64,000 nt of DNA, taken from positions 2,976 through 66,975 of IMG/VR virus record IMGVR_UViG_3300033149_002333; one strand, 5' to 3'. This DNA comes from a virus. Both the position numbers and the translations under genes were made by a program. The notes beneath the pieces are model-generated. The model saw only the letters and a program-made list of their open reading frames with translations, searched no databases and was not told where the DNA came from. Shown here piece by piece: positions 40,167-49,757 of the stretch (positions are counted from its first letter, which is position 1; each line of letters begins with the position of its first letter).

Positions 40167-41073
40167 CTCCTGTGGGAAGAAGTCGTACGTTGAGTTCCAG
40201 TGAGTAAGCCACGGGGGCGTTGAAGGATAGGGAGGTGTAGCCTAGTTGGTCGACTAACAGCGGGATTGTTGCTGCGCCTGTCGAAGGCTCCGGGGTGTCG
40301 AGTCTTATGGCTATAGATTGATAGTTCCATTTGCCGGTTTTTGCTTGGAAGTGAACCCCTGGGATGTTCCCGAAGAGGGTTAAATACCCCTCATAAACCT
40401 TCGCGCGGCGTTCGATTTCTTGTTCGAGATAATACAATTGGCCTAGTCCAATAGCCGCGTTTATCTCGGACATTCGATAGTTGCCCAGGCCGAAGTCGCG
40501 CATGGCTCTGATTCTTTGGATCATTTCGATGGAGTCTGATACCACCACTCCGCCTTCGCCAGTAGTGACTAGCTTGCGGGGGTGGAAGCTATAGACGGCT
40601 GCGATGGCGTTCGAGCGGGCGGACCCAAGACTGCAAGCAGCGTCTTCTATTGTTCGGGAAGGCGGGAAACCTTTTGGGATAGGCATTCCGTAGGCCGAAA
40701 CGGGAATGAAAAATATCGAAGGGTTGCTAAGATAATCATCGAGCTTGTTGGGGTCGAGCATGAAGGTGTTTGGGTCTACGTCTGCTATGACGACTTCGTA
40801 CTTAGCGCGTTCTACTGCTAAGCGGGTGGCTTTGTGGGTGTAGGCCGGAATTAAGCATTTAGCTGGCGTGGGACTTATAGCGCGTAGGGCTAGTTCTAGG
40901 CCGATGGTTGCGTTGCAAACTGCGACTGCGTAGGGGTAACTAGCTATCCGGGCCACGCGATATTCGAATTCCTGTACCATCGGGCCGTTGTTGGCGTAGG
41001 TTCTCGATTTGATGGCTTCTTCGAGAAGGTCGAGAGAACGTTGAGGGAGTTTGATGGTGTTGATTCGGGTCAT
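40144..41073 (-). CDS. DegT/DnrJ/EryC1/StrS PLP sugar aminotransferase (candidate for the WbpE step)
   Basis: IEDAACSLG, YSFHPRKLVTTGEGG, GNYRMSEINAAIG. Confidence 0.9.
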   Translation of the reverse strand: MTRINTIKLPQRSLDLLEEAIKSRTYANNGPMVQEFEYRVARIASYPYAVAVCNATIGLELALRAISPTPAKCLIPAYTHKATRLAVERAKYEVVIADVDPNTFMLDPNKLDDYLSNPSIFFIPVSAYGMPIPKGFPPSRTIEDAACSLGSARSNAIAAVYSFHPRKLVTTGEGGVVVSDSIEMIQRIRAMRDFGLGNYRMSEINAAIGLGQLYYLEQEIERRAKVYEGYLTLFGNIPGVHFQAKTGKWNYQSIAIRLDTPEPSTGAATIPLLVDQLGYTSLSFNAPVAYSLELNVRLLPTGDAYAECD

Positions 41074-41297
41074 GGTTGGGGCTCCTTTCCGATGGTGCTC
41101 TTAGGTAACAACAACCACCAGCCCAGCCAAGCGGCTGTTAGCAAGATTAACGTAAGGCAGTATTCGAGGAGGGTGGCAGCGGCACCATCTGTGCTGCGCA
41201 AATGCTGTGTACCCCAATACACGCCCGCCACGATGCTATTGATGACTGCTATTGTAAACGAAAGCCATGCAAGGCATATTTTTATCAATCGTGTCAT
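41070..41297 (-). CDS. Small two-TM protein
   Basis: Two hydrophobic helices; AGGAGGT RBS. Confidence 0.65.
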   Translation of the reverse strand: MTRLIKICLAWLSFTIAVINSIVAGVYWGTQHLRSTDGAAATLLEYCLTLILLTAAWLGWWLLLPKSTIGKEPQP

Positions 41298-41321
41298 TTC
41301 CTGACCTCCTTGTTCGTATGG

Positions 41322-41510
41322 TCAAGGTTTTCGTCTTTGCTGATCATCGTTAGTGGATAGGTCCATCCATATCCAGATTGTGGCAGCTGTACTAACGGCT
41401 AAGCTACAGATGAATAGAGTTAATCGCGGCCCGAAAATATATAACATAGCTATTATAAGAGCAGCCATGATTATGCTCGCTATCGAATAGACTATAATTA
41501 CTTTACGCAT
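41322..41510 (-). CDS. Small two-TM protein
   Basis: MRKVIIVYSIASIIMAALII...; internal ATG chosen as start. Confidence 0.55.
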   Translation of the reverse strand: MRKVIIVYSIASIIMAALIIAMLYIFGPRLTLFICSLAVSTAATIWIWMDLSTNDDQQRRKP

Positions 41511-41520
41511 GTCCACCTTA

Positions 41521-41838
41521 CTAAGGCTGCTCCCCTGGGTCGTACCAAACGTTATTTTCGCCCCAGGTGCATCTGAGATAGGGCACCCATGTGCTACGAA
41601 ACTCAGGGTCAGGGACGAAGATAATACAGTCAAAATAGCCGTCTGCCTCTAGGTACGTTTTCCAAGCCTCCAGTTCCTCTCTGTTGTAGCTTTGTATAAG
41701 CAACGATCCCATAAGGTGTGCGTGCTCCCCTCCGTCCTTATCTAAGGCTACGACTAGTTCTTTACATCCCTCACCCGTCTCAGCGGCAACAGGGACCGCA
41801 AGCAACAAGAGTACTGCAAAGATTACAACTAGCTTCAT
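41521..41838 (-). CDS. Small secreted protein
   Basis: Signal peptide MKLVVIFAVLLLLAVPVAA; AGGAGGT RBS. Confidence 0.7.
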   Translation of the reverse strand: MKLVVIFAVLLLLAVPVAAETGEGCKELVVALDKDGGEHAHLMGSLLIQSYNREELEAWKTYLEADGYFDCIIFVPDPEFRSTWVPYLRCTWGENNVWYDPGEQP

Positions 41839-42020
41839 TGTTTACCTCCTTTCCTCGTCCAAAAAGTTATGTCATAACCTCCGCGCTTAACGTGCAGGGG
41901 TGTTTTTGGACTCCCCCGGAATTTCCAAGGATCTCCGATCTTCAGGATTTGTTTATCTTCCTTCGTGGCGCGGATGTCTAAGAATAGTACCCTGCGAAAC
42001 ATGTTGAGTAGGCGCTTCAT
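41835..42020 (-). CDS. Small basic hypothetical protein
   Basis: AGGAGGAG RBS; coupled to next gene. Confidence 0.55.
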   Translation of the reverse strand: MKRLLNMFRRVLFLDIRATKEDKQILKIGDPWKFRGSPKTPLHVKRGGYDITFWTRKGGKQ

Positions 42021-42058
42021 TTGTTATTCTCCTCCTTTCTATGTTCATCGTTCCACCC

Positions 42059-42226
42059 TCACGTATAAAAAAGCAAAAAGATACCAAGTGGTATTGTAAC
42101 AATCAGGACAGCTCCCCAGAGCCCAAACATCATGGTGAGAATTATGATGTGTGAAGCAGAGTAAACGAGGAGCAGAAGCCCAATGATTTTGCAGGCGGTT
42201 CTTAACTGCTTGCATTTGTCAATCAT
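42059..42226 (-). CDS. Small two-TM protein
   Basis: MIDKCKQLRTACKIIGLLLLV...LGIFLLFYT. Confidence 0.55.
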   Translation of the reverse strand: MIDKCKQLRTACKIIGLLLLVYSASHIIILTMMFGLWGAVLIVTIPLGIFLLFYT

Positions 42227-42242
42227 CTCGATGTTCCGCCTT

Positions 42243-43007
42243 CTACTCCAAACGCTCTCCCCTACTAAACCCCGTCCACTGGTCGCACTTAGCACAAGTG
42301 CTATCCGGATACTCGCTGCAAATCTTCGAGCTTCGCAGCCGACGCTCGACTTCGTCTAGGGATGAAGTTCGAACATTCAAATTCGGCTCGGGTTGCCAAA
42401 CATGACAACAACGAGAAACCTGCCCGTCCCAGGAGATAACAAGGTCGTGTTTGAGTTTGCTGCAAAACTTACGCGGGGATTCGGGACGGTGAGCTGGGAG
42501 AGTTTGGCCATAGATTCCATTTATGGTATGCGGGGCGTAGGTTCGAATGATGTCTGGTTGTAATTGCTTGATGCGTTCGACCGGAACGTCGTAGCCCATA
42601 ACGGTGCTAGCTTGGATGCGTGGTTTAGAAAAACCGCCGCGCTTGGCCAGCAGCATGTCGAGCGTCGCGAGGCTTTGCTCGCTGTGAATACTTACGCTGA
42701 TTTCGGTTAGCTTGAAGAATACTTCATCCGGCCAAACGTCTTGGCGAATCCCATTAGTTGCTATGATAACGCGTGGAATGAGTTCGACCGCAACGCGCAT
42801 CCAGTCGGCAAATTCTGGATGCAGGGTTGGTTCGCCACGCCAAAATGGGATTAAGGTTAGAGTCTCGTCCCTAGCACTAACCTGATGCAGAAGATCGAAA
42901 AATATCCAATCTTCCATATAGCCTAGTTTCATGTTGGTAGTATGCCTCGGGCACATGCTGCAAGATAGGTTGCAATGGTTGGTTAGTTCGATTATCAAAT
43001 TGCGCAT
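42243..43007 (-). CDS. Radical SAM protein with SPASM/twitch domain
   Basis: CNLSCSMC, GEPTLHP, C..L...LVISWDGQVSRCC..CAKC. Confidence 0.92.
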   Translation of the reverse strand: MRNLIIELTNHCNLSCSMCPRHTTNMKLGYMEDWIFFDLLHQVSARDETLTLIPFWRGEPTLHPEFADWMRVAVELIPRVIIATNGIRQDVWPDEVFFKLTEISVSIHSEQSLATLDMLLAKRGGFSKPRIQASTVMGYDVPVERIKQLQPDIIRTYAPHTINGIYGQTLPAHRPESPRKFCSKLKHDLVISWDGQVSRCCHVWQPEPNLNVRTSSLDEVERRLRSSKICSEYPDSTCAKCDQWTGFSRGERLE

Positions 43008-43010
43008 TGA

Positions 43011-43220
43011 TTACTCCTTGAATTCCTGAGCACCGGGGCGAAGTTCATAGGTAAGCGTTACCGTAGCGCGAGTTTGGTGGCAATCGACCAAGGCTAGAAT
43101 GTCCAACAGCGGATCGAAATCCTGCTCAACTAGCCAAGAAGTGGTAGCTTGAATCAAGGAATCGATAAGTTGCTTCGGCGTCCAAAAGCGAGGTTTGGTT
43201 AACGTGAAGGTTCTTCGCAT
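43011..43220 (-). CDS. Small hypothetical protein
   Basis: AGGAGG before ATG 43220. Confidence 0.55.
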   Translation of the reverse strand: MRRTFTLTKPRFWTPKQLIDSLIQATTSWLVEQDFDPLLDILALVDCHQTRATVTLTYELRPGAQEFKE

Positions 43221-44236
43221 GCTTGGGCCTCCTTTCCGTGGTAGAGTTTTTTCATAAGCATCGACCAGAGATCGTAGGGGTCGATGGCCTCGACTTGGTG
43301 GGGTTGGAGGTTTAGTTTTGATTCTAGCAGAGGTTTGAGTGGACTTGCGTACCATGAGGTTAGGGGAACGCCGAAGCCTTGCTTTGGACGGTCCCAGAGG
43401 GGTTTGGGGAGGTAATGAGATAAAATCGAACGCAGAATAAGTTTGCCCTTGAAGGGGGATAAGTGATAATGGCGTGGCAAGCTAGTGGCCAAAAAGGGAT
43501 TGGAGTTGAGGAAGTCAACAAATGGCATACTTAGTCTCAATCCATGGTGAAGAGCTGCGAACACCGTTTTGTGAAGAGTGCTGATAGGATCTCTCCAGTT
43601 GACAGCTAGTGTCGTATCCCACCAACGTGATTGAATTTCGTCTACTACGGTGGGTTGTTGGAGAAGTTGTTCCAACTTCTTCCACTTTTGGTCCATGTTG
43701 GGGCGTTTGAGTGGAAGCTGCTCGGCAACCCGTGGCAAGCGATTAGCTATTGCTTTACGCAGCCGGTAGGGGATGTGCTTTAACCACAAAGCCGCGCGAT
43801 AGCGGTCGTAGCCGTAAAATAGTTCATCCCCCAACTCGCCAGTAATCACGCGCGAGTAAGGCCTAGCAAGCTCGCAGGCTTTGAGCGTGGGGACGGCTGA
43901 GGGATTGTCGAGCAGGTTGGGATAGACCTTGGGGATGAGCAAGGTATTAGCTAGAACATCTTCATCAGTTAAATCATGAACTACGTGTCTAACTCCTAGA
44001 CGTTGAGCTATACGAGTTGCGTGGATAGATTCGTCGCAGTCCGACCCCCAGAAGGCTATAGTTATAGCTACGACAGAGCGCGGATGTTCTCGTGCAAGCA
44101 TAGCCAGCAAAAGAGTCGAATCTATTCCCCCGCTGAATAGCACGGCAACCGGATCTTCGGGGGTAGGCTTGGGGTGGAGAGTTACTTCAAGCAACTCCTC
44201 CCAAATACGATCCCTAGCTTTTTTCCAGTATGACAC
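43199..44236 (-). CDS. Second asparagine-synthetase-like domain, no glutaminase domain
   Basis: FSGGIDST, TGELGDELFYGY, RPKQGFGVP. Confidence 0.88.
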   Translation of the reverse strand: MSYWKKARDRIWEELLEVTLHPKPTPEDPVAVLFSGGIDSTLLLAMLAREHPRSVVAITIAFWGSDCDESIHATRIAQRLGVRHVVHDLTDEDVLANTLLIPKVYPNLLDNPSAVPTLKACELARPYSRVITGELGDELFYGYDRYRAALWLKHIPYRLRKAIANRLPRVAEQLPLKRPNMDQKWKKLEQLLQQPTVVDEIQSRWWDTTLAVNWRDPISTLHKTVFAALHHGLRLSMPFVDFLNSNPFLATSLPRHYHLSPFKGKLILRSILSHYLPKPLWDRPKQGFGVPLTSWYASPLKPLLESKLNLQPHQVEAIDPYDLWSMLMKKLYHGKEAQACEEPSR

Positions 44237-45305
44237 GATAAACCTCCTTTTCCTGGTTGGTTATGGCGGTGGGGTTGAACATTTTTAGGGCTTTGCGCCG
44301 GGCGTTGACTCCGAGCAACTCGGGGTCGGATTCTAGGGTTTGAATTATGGCTTCGGCTAGGGCTGTGGAGTTGCCCTCTGGGGCTAGGCAGCCTACGTCT
44401 GAGCTGACGAATTCCGACAACCATTCTATATCATAGCCTACAATAGGTGCCCCGCATAAGGCTGCTTCGACGATGGTTGAACCCCCGTAAGGAGAAAGAA
44501 AAACCTGATGCGAGCGATATAGCTGATGGAGTTTTATCTGCGTAACCCAACCAGTAAAGCGTACCAATCCGGGGGCTTTTTGGCTGGCGTAGGTTGCGAT
44601 GCGTTCATAAGCCGGGCCGGAGCCAGCGATTGTGAGCGTGACGTGCGCTTGAGCCACGGCGTCGATGCAATCGAGGACGTAGGATTCGTATTCGGTTGAT
44701 AGGCGGCTGACGTAAAGGCATGTGCCTAGTGGCTCGGAGCGCTGAGGTTCGACATAATGAATCGGATGAATGCCTATGTTGCGTATGGTTGGGACGGGGT
44801 AGCTAACGTATCTGGAAGCCCAAGCGGAGTTGTTGGCATTCCCACCGAAAACCAAAGCCGCGTCTCGCATGACACGTTCGGCTAGATGGAGAAAGAGTTT
44901 CCATTTGAGGGGTGAGTTGCAATACCACCCCCGATCGTGCATGAAGCCGAAGTTGGCGCCAACGTAAACTACATAAGGCAAGTTGAAGCGCTTGGACAGT
45001 TGGCGAGCTATTAGGCCACAAGTAGAGGGATTGCCCGCTTTGATGATAGTTAAGCCGGGGTGGTCGGCGATAATCTCCTCAACGGTGCGCTGCAACTTCA
45101 TATATCCGCGCAAACCCCGATTGAAATCACGCACATAAGCACGTTGCCTCGGGGCGTCGAGGCGTAGTTCTTGATCGCACTGGGGGTGGAGGGTGTAAAC
45201 CTGGTCGAAAAATCCTCCGAGGGTGCGTTGGTAGATAACTTCCCACATCTCGTTGCGAGTCAAAACCGGGATGGAGGATGGAATGATGGTTATTAGAGTT
45301 GGCAT
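44214..45305 (-). CDS. GT-B glycosyltransferase, GT4-like
   Basis: LYVSRL, IAGSGP, FTGWV, SPYGGSTIVEAALCGAPIV; AAGGAG before ATG 45305. Confidence 0.85.
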   Translation of the reverse strand: MPTLITIIPSSIPVLTRNEMWEVIYQRTLGGFFDQVYTLHPQCDQELRLDAPRQRAYVRDFNRGLRGYMKLQRTVEEIIADHPGLTIIKAGNPSTCGLIARQLSKRFNLPYVVYVGANFGFMHDRGWYCNSPLKWKLFLHLAERVMRDAALVFGGNANNSAWASRYVSYPVPTIRNIGIHPIHYVEPQRSEPLGTCLYVSRLSTEYESYVLDCIDAVAQAHVTLTIAGSGPAYERIATYASQKAPGLVRFTGWVTQIKLHQLYRSHQVFLSPYGGSTIVEAALCGAPIVGYDIEWLSEFVSSDVGCLAPEGNSTALAEAIIQTLESDPELLGVNARRKALKMFNPTAITNQEKEVYRVILEKS

Positions 45306-45319
45306 TTTGGGTTGGCTCC

Positions 45320-45481
45320 TTAACCAGAAAGTAGAAAAATACCAGTTATAAGTGCGGCGGAGAGGATAAGGGATGCTCCAAGAATACATAAACCCACTCT
45401 GGTCCCGACACTATAGAAGAGTCCGGCAAAGATAGCTCCAAACACGGCTGAAATGAGTAGAATACCTATAATTTCGCGCAT
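45320..45481 (-). CDS. 53-aa two-TM protein (below the ORF-track cutoff)
   Basis: MREIIGILLISAVFGAIFAGLF...LITGIFLLSG; GGAGGAGG RBS. Confidence 0.6.
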   Translation of the reverse strand: MREIIGILLISAVFGAIFAGLFYSVGTRVGLCILGASLILSAALITGIFLLSG

Positions 45482-45828
45482 GGTCTGTCCTCCTCCAGTT
45501 TGTTTATTCCCTCCCTCAGCGCTTCAATAAACGCCTCGATCTGTTCTTTGCTGTCAAACAAAAACTCAGAGTCAACCCGGACCGAGACGCCTGATAGGAT
45601 TTTCAGAGCAGCCCTTAGGCGTGTCCGCAGCTTGGCCCAAAAGCCCGTTGGCCAGCAAGGATAATACATCCGACGATATAGGCTCAACTCGACGTATCCC
45701 GGAGTGTCTTGGTGACGTTCTAGCGTTAAGTCCAGGTGGCATTCATCCCCACCACAAGCGCATCCCGCTCTGTACCATACTTCCAAACCATCTGTTTCAT
45801 CCAGCTTCATTACTCTGTTTGAAATCAT
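45466..45828 (-). CDS. Hypothetical protein
   Basis: 120 aa; CACGGDECH motif. Confidence 0.65.
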   Translation of the reverse strand: MISNRVMKLDETDGLEVWYRAGCACGGDECHLDLTLERHQDTPGYVELSLYRRMYYPCWPTGFWAKLRTRLRAALKILSGVSVRVDSEFLFDSKEQIEAFIEALREGINKLEEDRPCAKL

Positions 45829-46075
45829 TGCGCTTTCTCCCCACCAGTAATATATCGCCCGGTCCTAGACTGCATATCGCATGTGGTGCGTCTTTATCGA
45901 GCAACCACAGCCGCTCCACTTCGTTGATTCTGTTCGAGATAATAAACCACTCGCGTTGCTCCTTGCATAACAGTGCGTGTGCTTTTACAAGTCCATCGCG
46001 TCGTTCTATTTCTCGGTTGAGATCCTCGATATGTCGCTGAGCCCATTTAGGTAATTTTGCTATCCTCGAAATCAT
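45797..46075 (-). CDS. Hypothetical protein
   Basis: KLPKWAQ..I..L..E motif; GGAGGAGGT RBS. Confidence 0.65.
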   Translation of the reverse strand: MISRIAKLPKWAQRHIEDLNREIERRDGLVKAHALLCKEQREWFIISNRINEVERLWLLDKDAPHAICSLGPGDILLVGRKRNDFKQSNEAG

Positions 46076-46332
46076 TCCACCTCCTCCGCTAACTTCGCCA
46101 GCACGTCTCCATGACAAGCCAGTGGCTTACACCAACACCCTAAGGTTTTACCTTTTAGTTCATACAGTGCTTCCATCAAATCTTTTCTGCCTCTTATGTA
46201 CGCTTCGTATTTGGCTATAACATCGTTTCTTGTTCCGTCCTTTCCGATCTTGAAAGGATTGCCCCACTTAGACGGCCTGCCAATGTATACGTCATAGGCG
46301 GCTTTCTTGCAGTGGACTACTTTGGTTTTCAT
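46072..46332 (-). CDS. DUF4326 family protein
   Basis: VYIGRPSKWGNPF..LKGKTLGCWCKPLACHGDVL. Confidence 0.88.
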   Translation of the reverse strand: MKTKVVHCKKAAYDVYIGRPSKWGNPFKIGKDGTRNDVIAKYEAYIRGRKDLMEALYELKGKTLGCWCKPLACHGDVLAKLAEEVE

Positions 46333-46342
46333 TTTGCTCCCC

Positions 46343-47482
46343 CTATATCGTGCCCTTCCGACAAAACTTCCTATAAAAAGACTCATGCACCAACCCGCAT
46401 TTTAACATCAACCAAAACAACGGTTGATAACGCTTGAATTTGGCGCGGTAGTTGTTGTATTCTTTGTAGGAGTGTTTGGGCAGGTTGAGCCACAAGGTTA
46501 GTTGCTTAGCATCAACGCCGAGTTTGGACATCAACTCTTCTAGGTCTTCCTTGGGAAAACGCGGAGGTTCTTTGAGTTGATCCGAGGCCCAAGCTCTGGT
46601 TATGTACCCGGAGCGAATCTGAGCAGAAAGAAAGACATACCGATGGTCGATTCCATATCGAGCTGGCATGTAGTGTTGGTGCCAAAATGCAGTTAGAAGA
46701 TTCTCTCCATGTTTGGAGGAGTAGGCGGTCCAGTTGTAGCATTTGATCAGCTCTTCTTGCATGTCGCGTTTTGATTTAGAGAGATGATAAAGCGGACGGA
46801 TTAGTTTTACGCGTTTGCGGAGTCGGTAATGCAATTGCTTGCTGAACGAGAAGTCTGGAAAGTTCATTTCCTCAAGGGAAATATTGGAACGTTTAGCTAC
46901 GTCACTTATGTAAGCATAGTCCATATACAACCAATCCATCGGAGCTATGCCTTCGGTGCGAAAGTTGTGGCCTTCGAATATATAAGGAGTTTGGTGAAGC
47001 TCGGCCTGTTCGTACAGAGCTGCTGCTAAACCAATATCTGCGGGTGCTTCGAAGTCTGGCAAACCCCGATTAAGAAAGGCTCGAACGAGGTGGTTGTAAA
47101 GCTCGAAGTCTACCTTGCGAACGACAAGCGGAACGTTTAAGGCCTTGGTTATGGATTGCATGTTGGTCATAGCGAAAGGTTTAGACCAACCGTTGTCGAA
47201 GTTTACTGCTATAGGATTTAGATCCAGAAATTTAGCCAAACGCAGCATATAACTCGAATCAGTTCCACCCGAAACTCCGACTATAACCTTGCCATCGCCG
47301 GTTTTGCGTTTGATATCTTTAGCCAATTTCTCCAAAGCCTGAAGGCCGCGGTTGCCGGTTGGGTATTTGCGGCTTAGGTCGACGTGCATTTGGCAATAGT
47401 TGCATAGACCGTTGGGTCCGATCCGAACCGTCCTGGACATTGCCGGAGTCATTAAGCAGATGTTGCATTTGACGTATGGCAT
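46343..47482 (-). CDS. N-acetyl sugar amidotransferase (WbuX/PseA/WbpG-like)
   Basis: CNIC..GLCNYC, GVSGGTDSS, FDNGW, KHGEN, SAQIRSG.ITR. Confidence 0.88.
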   Translation of the reverse strand: MPYVKCNICLMTPAMSRTVRIGPNGLCNYCQMHVDLSRKYPTGNRGLQALEKLAKDIKRKTGDGKVIVGVSGGTDSSYMLRLAKFLDLNPIAVNFDNGWSKPFAMTNMQSITKALNVPLVVRKVDFELYNHLVRAFLNRGLPDFEAPADIGLAAALYEQAELHQTPYIFEGHNFRTEGIAPMDWLYMDYAYISDVAKRSNISLEEMNFPDFSFSKQLHYRLRKRVKLIRPLYHLSKSKRDMQEELIKCYNWTAYSSKHGENLLTAFWHQHYMPARYGIDHRYVFLSAQIRSGYITRAWASDQLKEPPRFPKEDLEELMSKLGVDAKQLTLWLNLPKHSYKEYNNYRAKFKRYQPLFWLMLKCGLVHESFYRKFCRKGTI

Positions 47483-47487
47483 GATAC

Positions 47488-48048
47488 TTATTCTCCGCTG
47501 GATATCGGGTGGTAGAATATTTTGCTGCCGCTAATCACGAGGCGTTTGCGTGGTTTGCAAGGTTGGCCTACGCAGAGGGTGTAGCTGGGCAGGTCACGAT
47601 CCACGAACGATCCTGCGCCGATGATGACGTGGTCGCCGATTTTAACGCCCATTGCTATAACGGTTTGAGGGCCTACAAAAACACAATCCCCGATTTTAAC
47701 TGGCTTATATGTGTAGGGAGCTTCGCCGTTGGTGAGTGCCCAATTGACTGCTGAGTGGGTATAAATCTGCACCCCGGCTGAGATGGAGCAGTTGGAGCCG
47801 ATAGTCAGACCACCCGATCCGTCAAGCACAGTAAAAGGCCCAATCCAGGTACGATCGCCAACTCCGACTTCCCCAAAAACATACGAACTTTGATAAATCG
47901 ATGTATCTTCGCCAAAGTTTTCCCATTTAGCACGCTCCCAACGATCAAAGGGAAGTTCAAACCAAGGCAGAGAACGATTATAGGCGAGTTGCATCTGCAC
48001 GCGTTGAATCTCGTATAGATTTTGCAAGTCGCGTTCGAGGTCAGACAT
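47488..48048 (-). CDS. Hexapeptide-repeat acyltransferase
   Basis: WIGPFTVLDGSGGLTIG..ISAGVQIYTH; IGAGSFV. Confidence 0.88.
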   Translation of the reverse strand: MSDLERDLQNLYEIQRVQMQLAYNRSLPWFELPFDRWERAKWENFGEDTSIYQSSYVFGEVGVGDRTWIGPFTVLDGSGGLTIGSNCSISAGVQIYTHSAVNWALTNGEAPYTYKPVKIGDCVFVGPQTVIAMGVKIGDHVIIGAGSFVDRDLPSYTLCVGQPCKPRKRLVISGSKIFYHPISSGE

Positions 48049-49315
48049 TTAGGGCCTCCTTAGAGAAGGTTATGTAGGTCGAGTCTATAGAGGTGGATAC
48101 TATGCAGTACTTTAGTGCTCCGAATGTAGTGAGAGGGTTAGTTACCCGATCCGCCATGACTGGAGTGGCATAAGCCTCGACGAAGTTTTTGTCTAGAATA
48201 AGAAAGTCGATGGAATGTTCAACCAAACGACGTTTGAGTTCGTCCAAAGTTAGGTAGGGATAAAAACCTTTCAAGTTGTCGAAGCCATATCCGTGGCCAC
48301 CCCAGAGGACTTGGCAGCGGCATTTGTAGGCAAGCATATCGCACAAAGAGAGTGGCAAGCAGGCTACTCGATGGTGGGGTTTGATTTGAGCCATGATGCG
48401 TGTGAGGGTTGGATTCTCGCTAGCTAGAAAAGGACTAGCTAGGGAGTCAGCTAGGATAGCAACCAAAAAAGTCAACCCCGCGAGGGTGTAGAGCGTGGTG
48501 GGCAGCGGTCCCAGGTTGCAAATCCCTACAGCAGCCGGAAGCGCAGCGTATTTGTAGTATTTCCAACCTTCACCAAAGATTCGCAGGGGAACGGTGGTGG
48601 CTATGGCGAGGGTGATGACGATTAGTATCCAGGCGACGAACGGATGCTCAGGAGTATGCCAGAAACCCGCCAAGCCTAGGAAAATTGGGGCACCGTGGAA
48701 AAGGTGCCGCTTGATTTGCCCACTCCATGCTTCATTAAATGAAGGGTTTAGTAGAATGTGGGGTTCGTCTGGTTTGGGCTGACGAAAGGCCCAAGTCCAG
48801 AAGCGTAGAATGTCTAGGTGAGCGCGTAGGATTTTCCAGTAGCCTAGTGGGAGTGCCAGCACGGCAGCTGGCAGAAGCACATACCAAGCTGGCCAAACCA
48901 AAAACTGTACCGCCATCTTGTGCGAAAGGAGCGTCGCGAAAGCCGGGATGAAGTTCCAGGGTGGCTGAATGGTTAGAGTAAGCACAACCAACAAGCAACT
49001 CCAAGCCCGAGCATTGAGATTGCGGAATTCGCTTAGGCAAGTGGGTGTTAGGAAGTAAACTATACCTACTATTGGGCTAGCATACACCCCGCAGATAATT
49101 GCAGTAATTAGATGGACGCTCAGCGAAATCCACGAGGCGGAGCGTTCGAGGAACTTGAGGGGGAAGAGTGCTAGTATCCATTTGAACATGTTCGGATACC
49201 AGTACTCCTGGTCGAGCAGATGCAGGCGCACCTTAGGCCAGAGGGTGCGTTGCTCCTTGACTTCGCGTATTTGGACTAAGTGCGACCATCCATCAGCCAT
49301 GCGTGGGGTTGGCAT
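48041..49315 (-). CDS. Polytopic membrane protein, GT-C-like candidate
   Basis: Early D..SH and YP motif, many TM segments, GEGWKY, soluble C-terminus; AAAGGAG before ATG 49315. Confidence 0.6.
   Translation of the reverse strand: MPTPRMADGWSHLVQIREVKEQRTLWPKVRLHLLDQEYWYPNMFKWILALFPLKFLERSASWISLSVHLITAIICGVYASPIVGIVYFLTPTCLSEFRNLNARAWSCLLVVLTLTIQPPWNFIPAFATLLSHKMAVQFLVWPAWYVLLPAAVLALPLGYWKILRAHLDILRFWTWAFRQPKPDEPHILLNPSFNEAWSGQIKRHLFHGAPIFLGLAGFWHTPEHPFVAWILIVITLAIATTVPLRIFGEGWKYYKYAALPAAVGICNLGPLPTTLYTLAGLTFLVAILADSLASPFLASENPTLTRIMAQIKPHHRVACLPLSLCDMLAYKCRCQVLWGGHGYGFDNLKGFYPYLTLDELKRRLVEHSIDFLILDKNFVEAYATPVMADRVTNPLTTFGALKYCIVSTSIDSTYITFSKEALNV
48731..48743. promoter_or_regulatory. Palindrome TTCATTWAATGAA, copy 3 of 5 (intragenic)
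   Basis: Exact match. Confidence 0.5.
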
Positions 49316-49316
49316 T

Positions 49317-49757
49317 TTAGGCTCCTTTGTGAATTCTGCCCGGGACGCCGACAATCACAGCACTCGCCGGGACGTCGCGCGTGACCACGCTCCCAGCTCC
49401 TACCATTGCACCATGACCTATAGTAATACCAGGCAATATAATCGCCCCGGCTCCTATAGATGCGTGGGATTTGATTTTAACGCGTTCGAATTTTCCCCGA
49501 ACTCCGGCTCGGGGGTATTTGACGTTGCAAACAATAACCCCCGGTCCGACGAAGACATAATCTTCTAGCTCCGTGCCTTCGTAAAGCATAACCGAATCTT
49601 GCAATCGACACTTGTTCCCAATCACAACCCCCTGACCGATAATGCAGTTGCGACCTATACTACAATCCCGGCCTATGCGAGCGTCGCGGGCAACGTAGGT
49701 ATTAGGCCAAACAACAGTATCTTTGCCGATGTGAGCGGACGGACTAATATACGACAT
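49317..49757 (-). CDS. wbpD: UDP-sugar N-acetyltransferase, WbpD/WlbB-like
   Basis: IGNKCRLQDSV.LYEG.ELEDYVFVGPGVIVCNVKYPRA; VTRDVP..GVPGR. Confidence 0.8.
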   Translation of the reverse strand: MSYISPSAHIGKDTVVWPNTYVARDARIGRDCSIGRNCIIGQGVVIGNKCRLQDSVMLYEGTELEDYVFVGPGVIVCNVKYPRAGVRGKFERVKIKSHASIGAGAIILPGITIGHGAMVGAGSVVTRDVPASAVIVGVPGRIHKGA

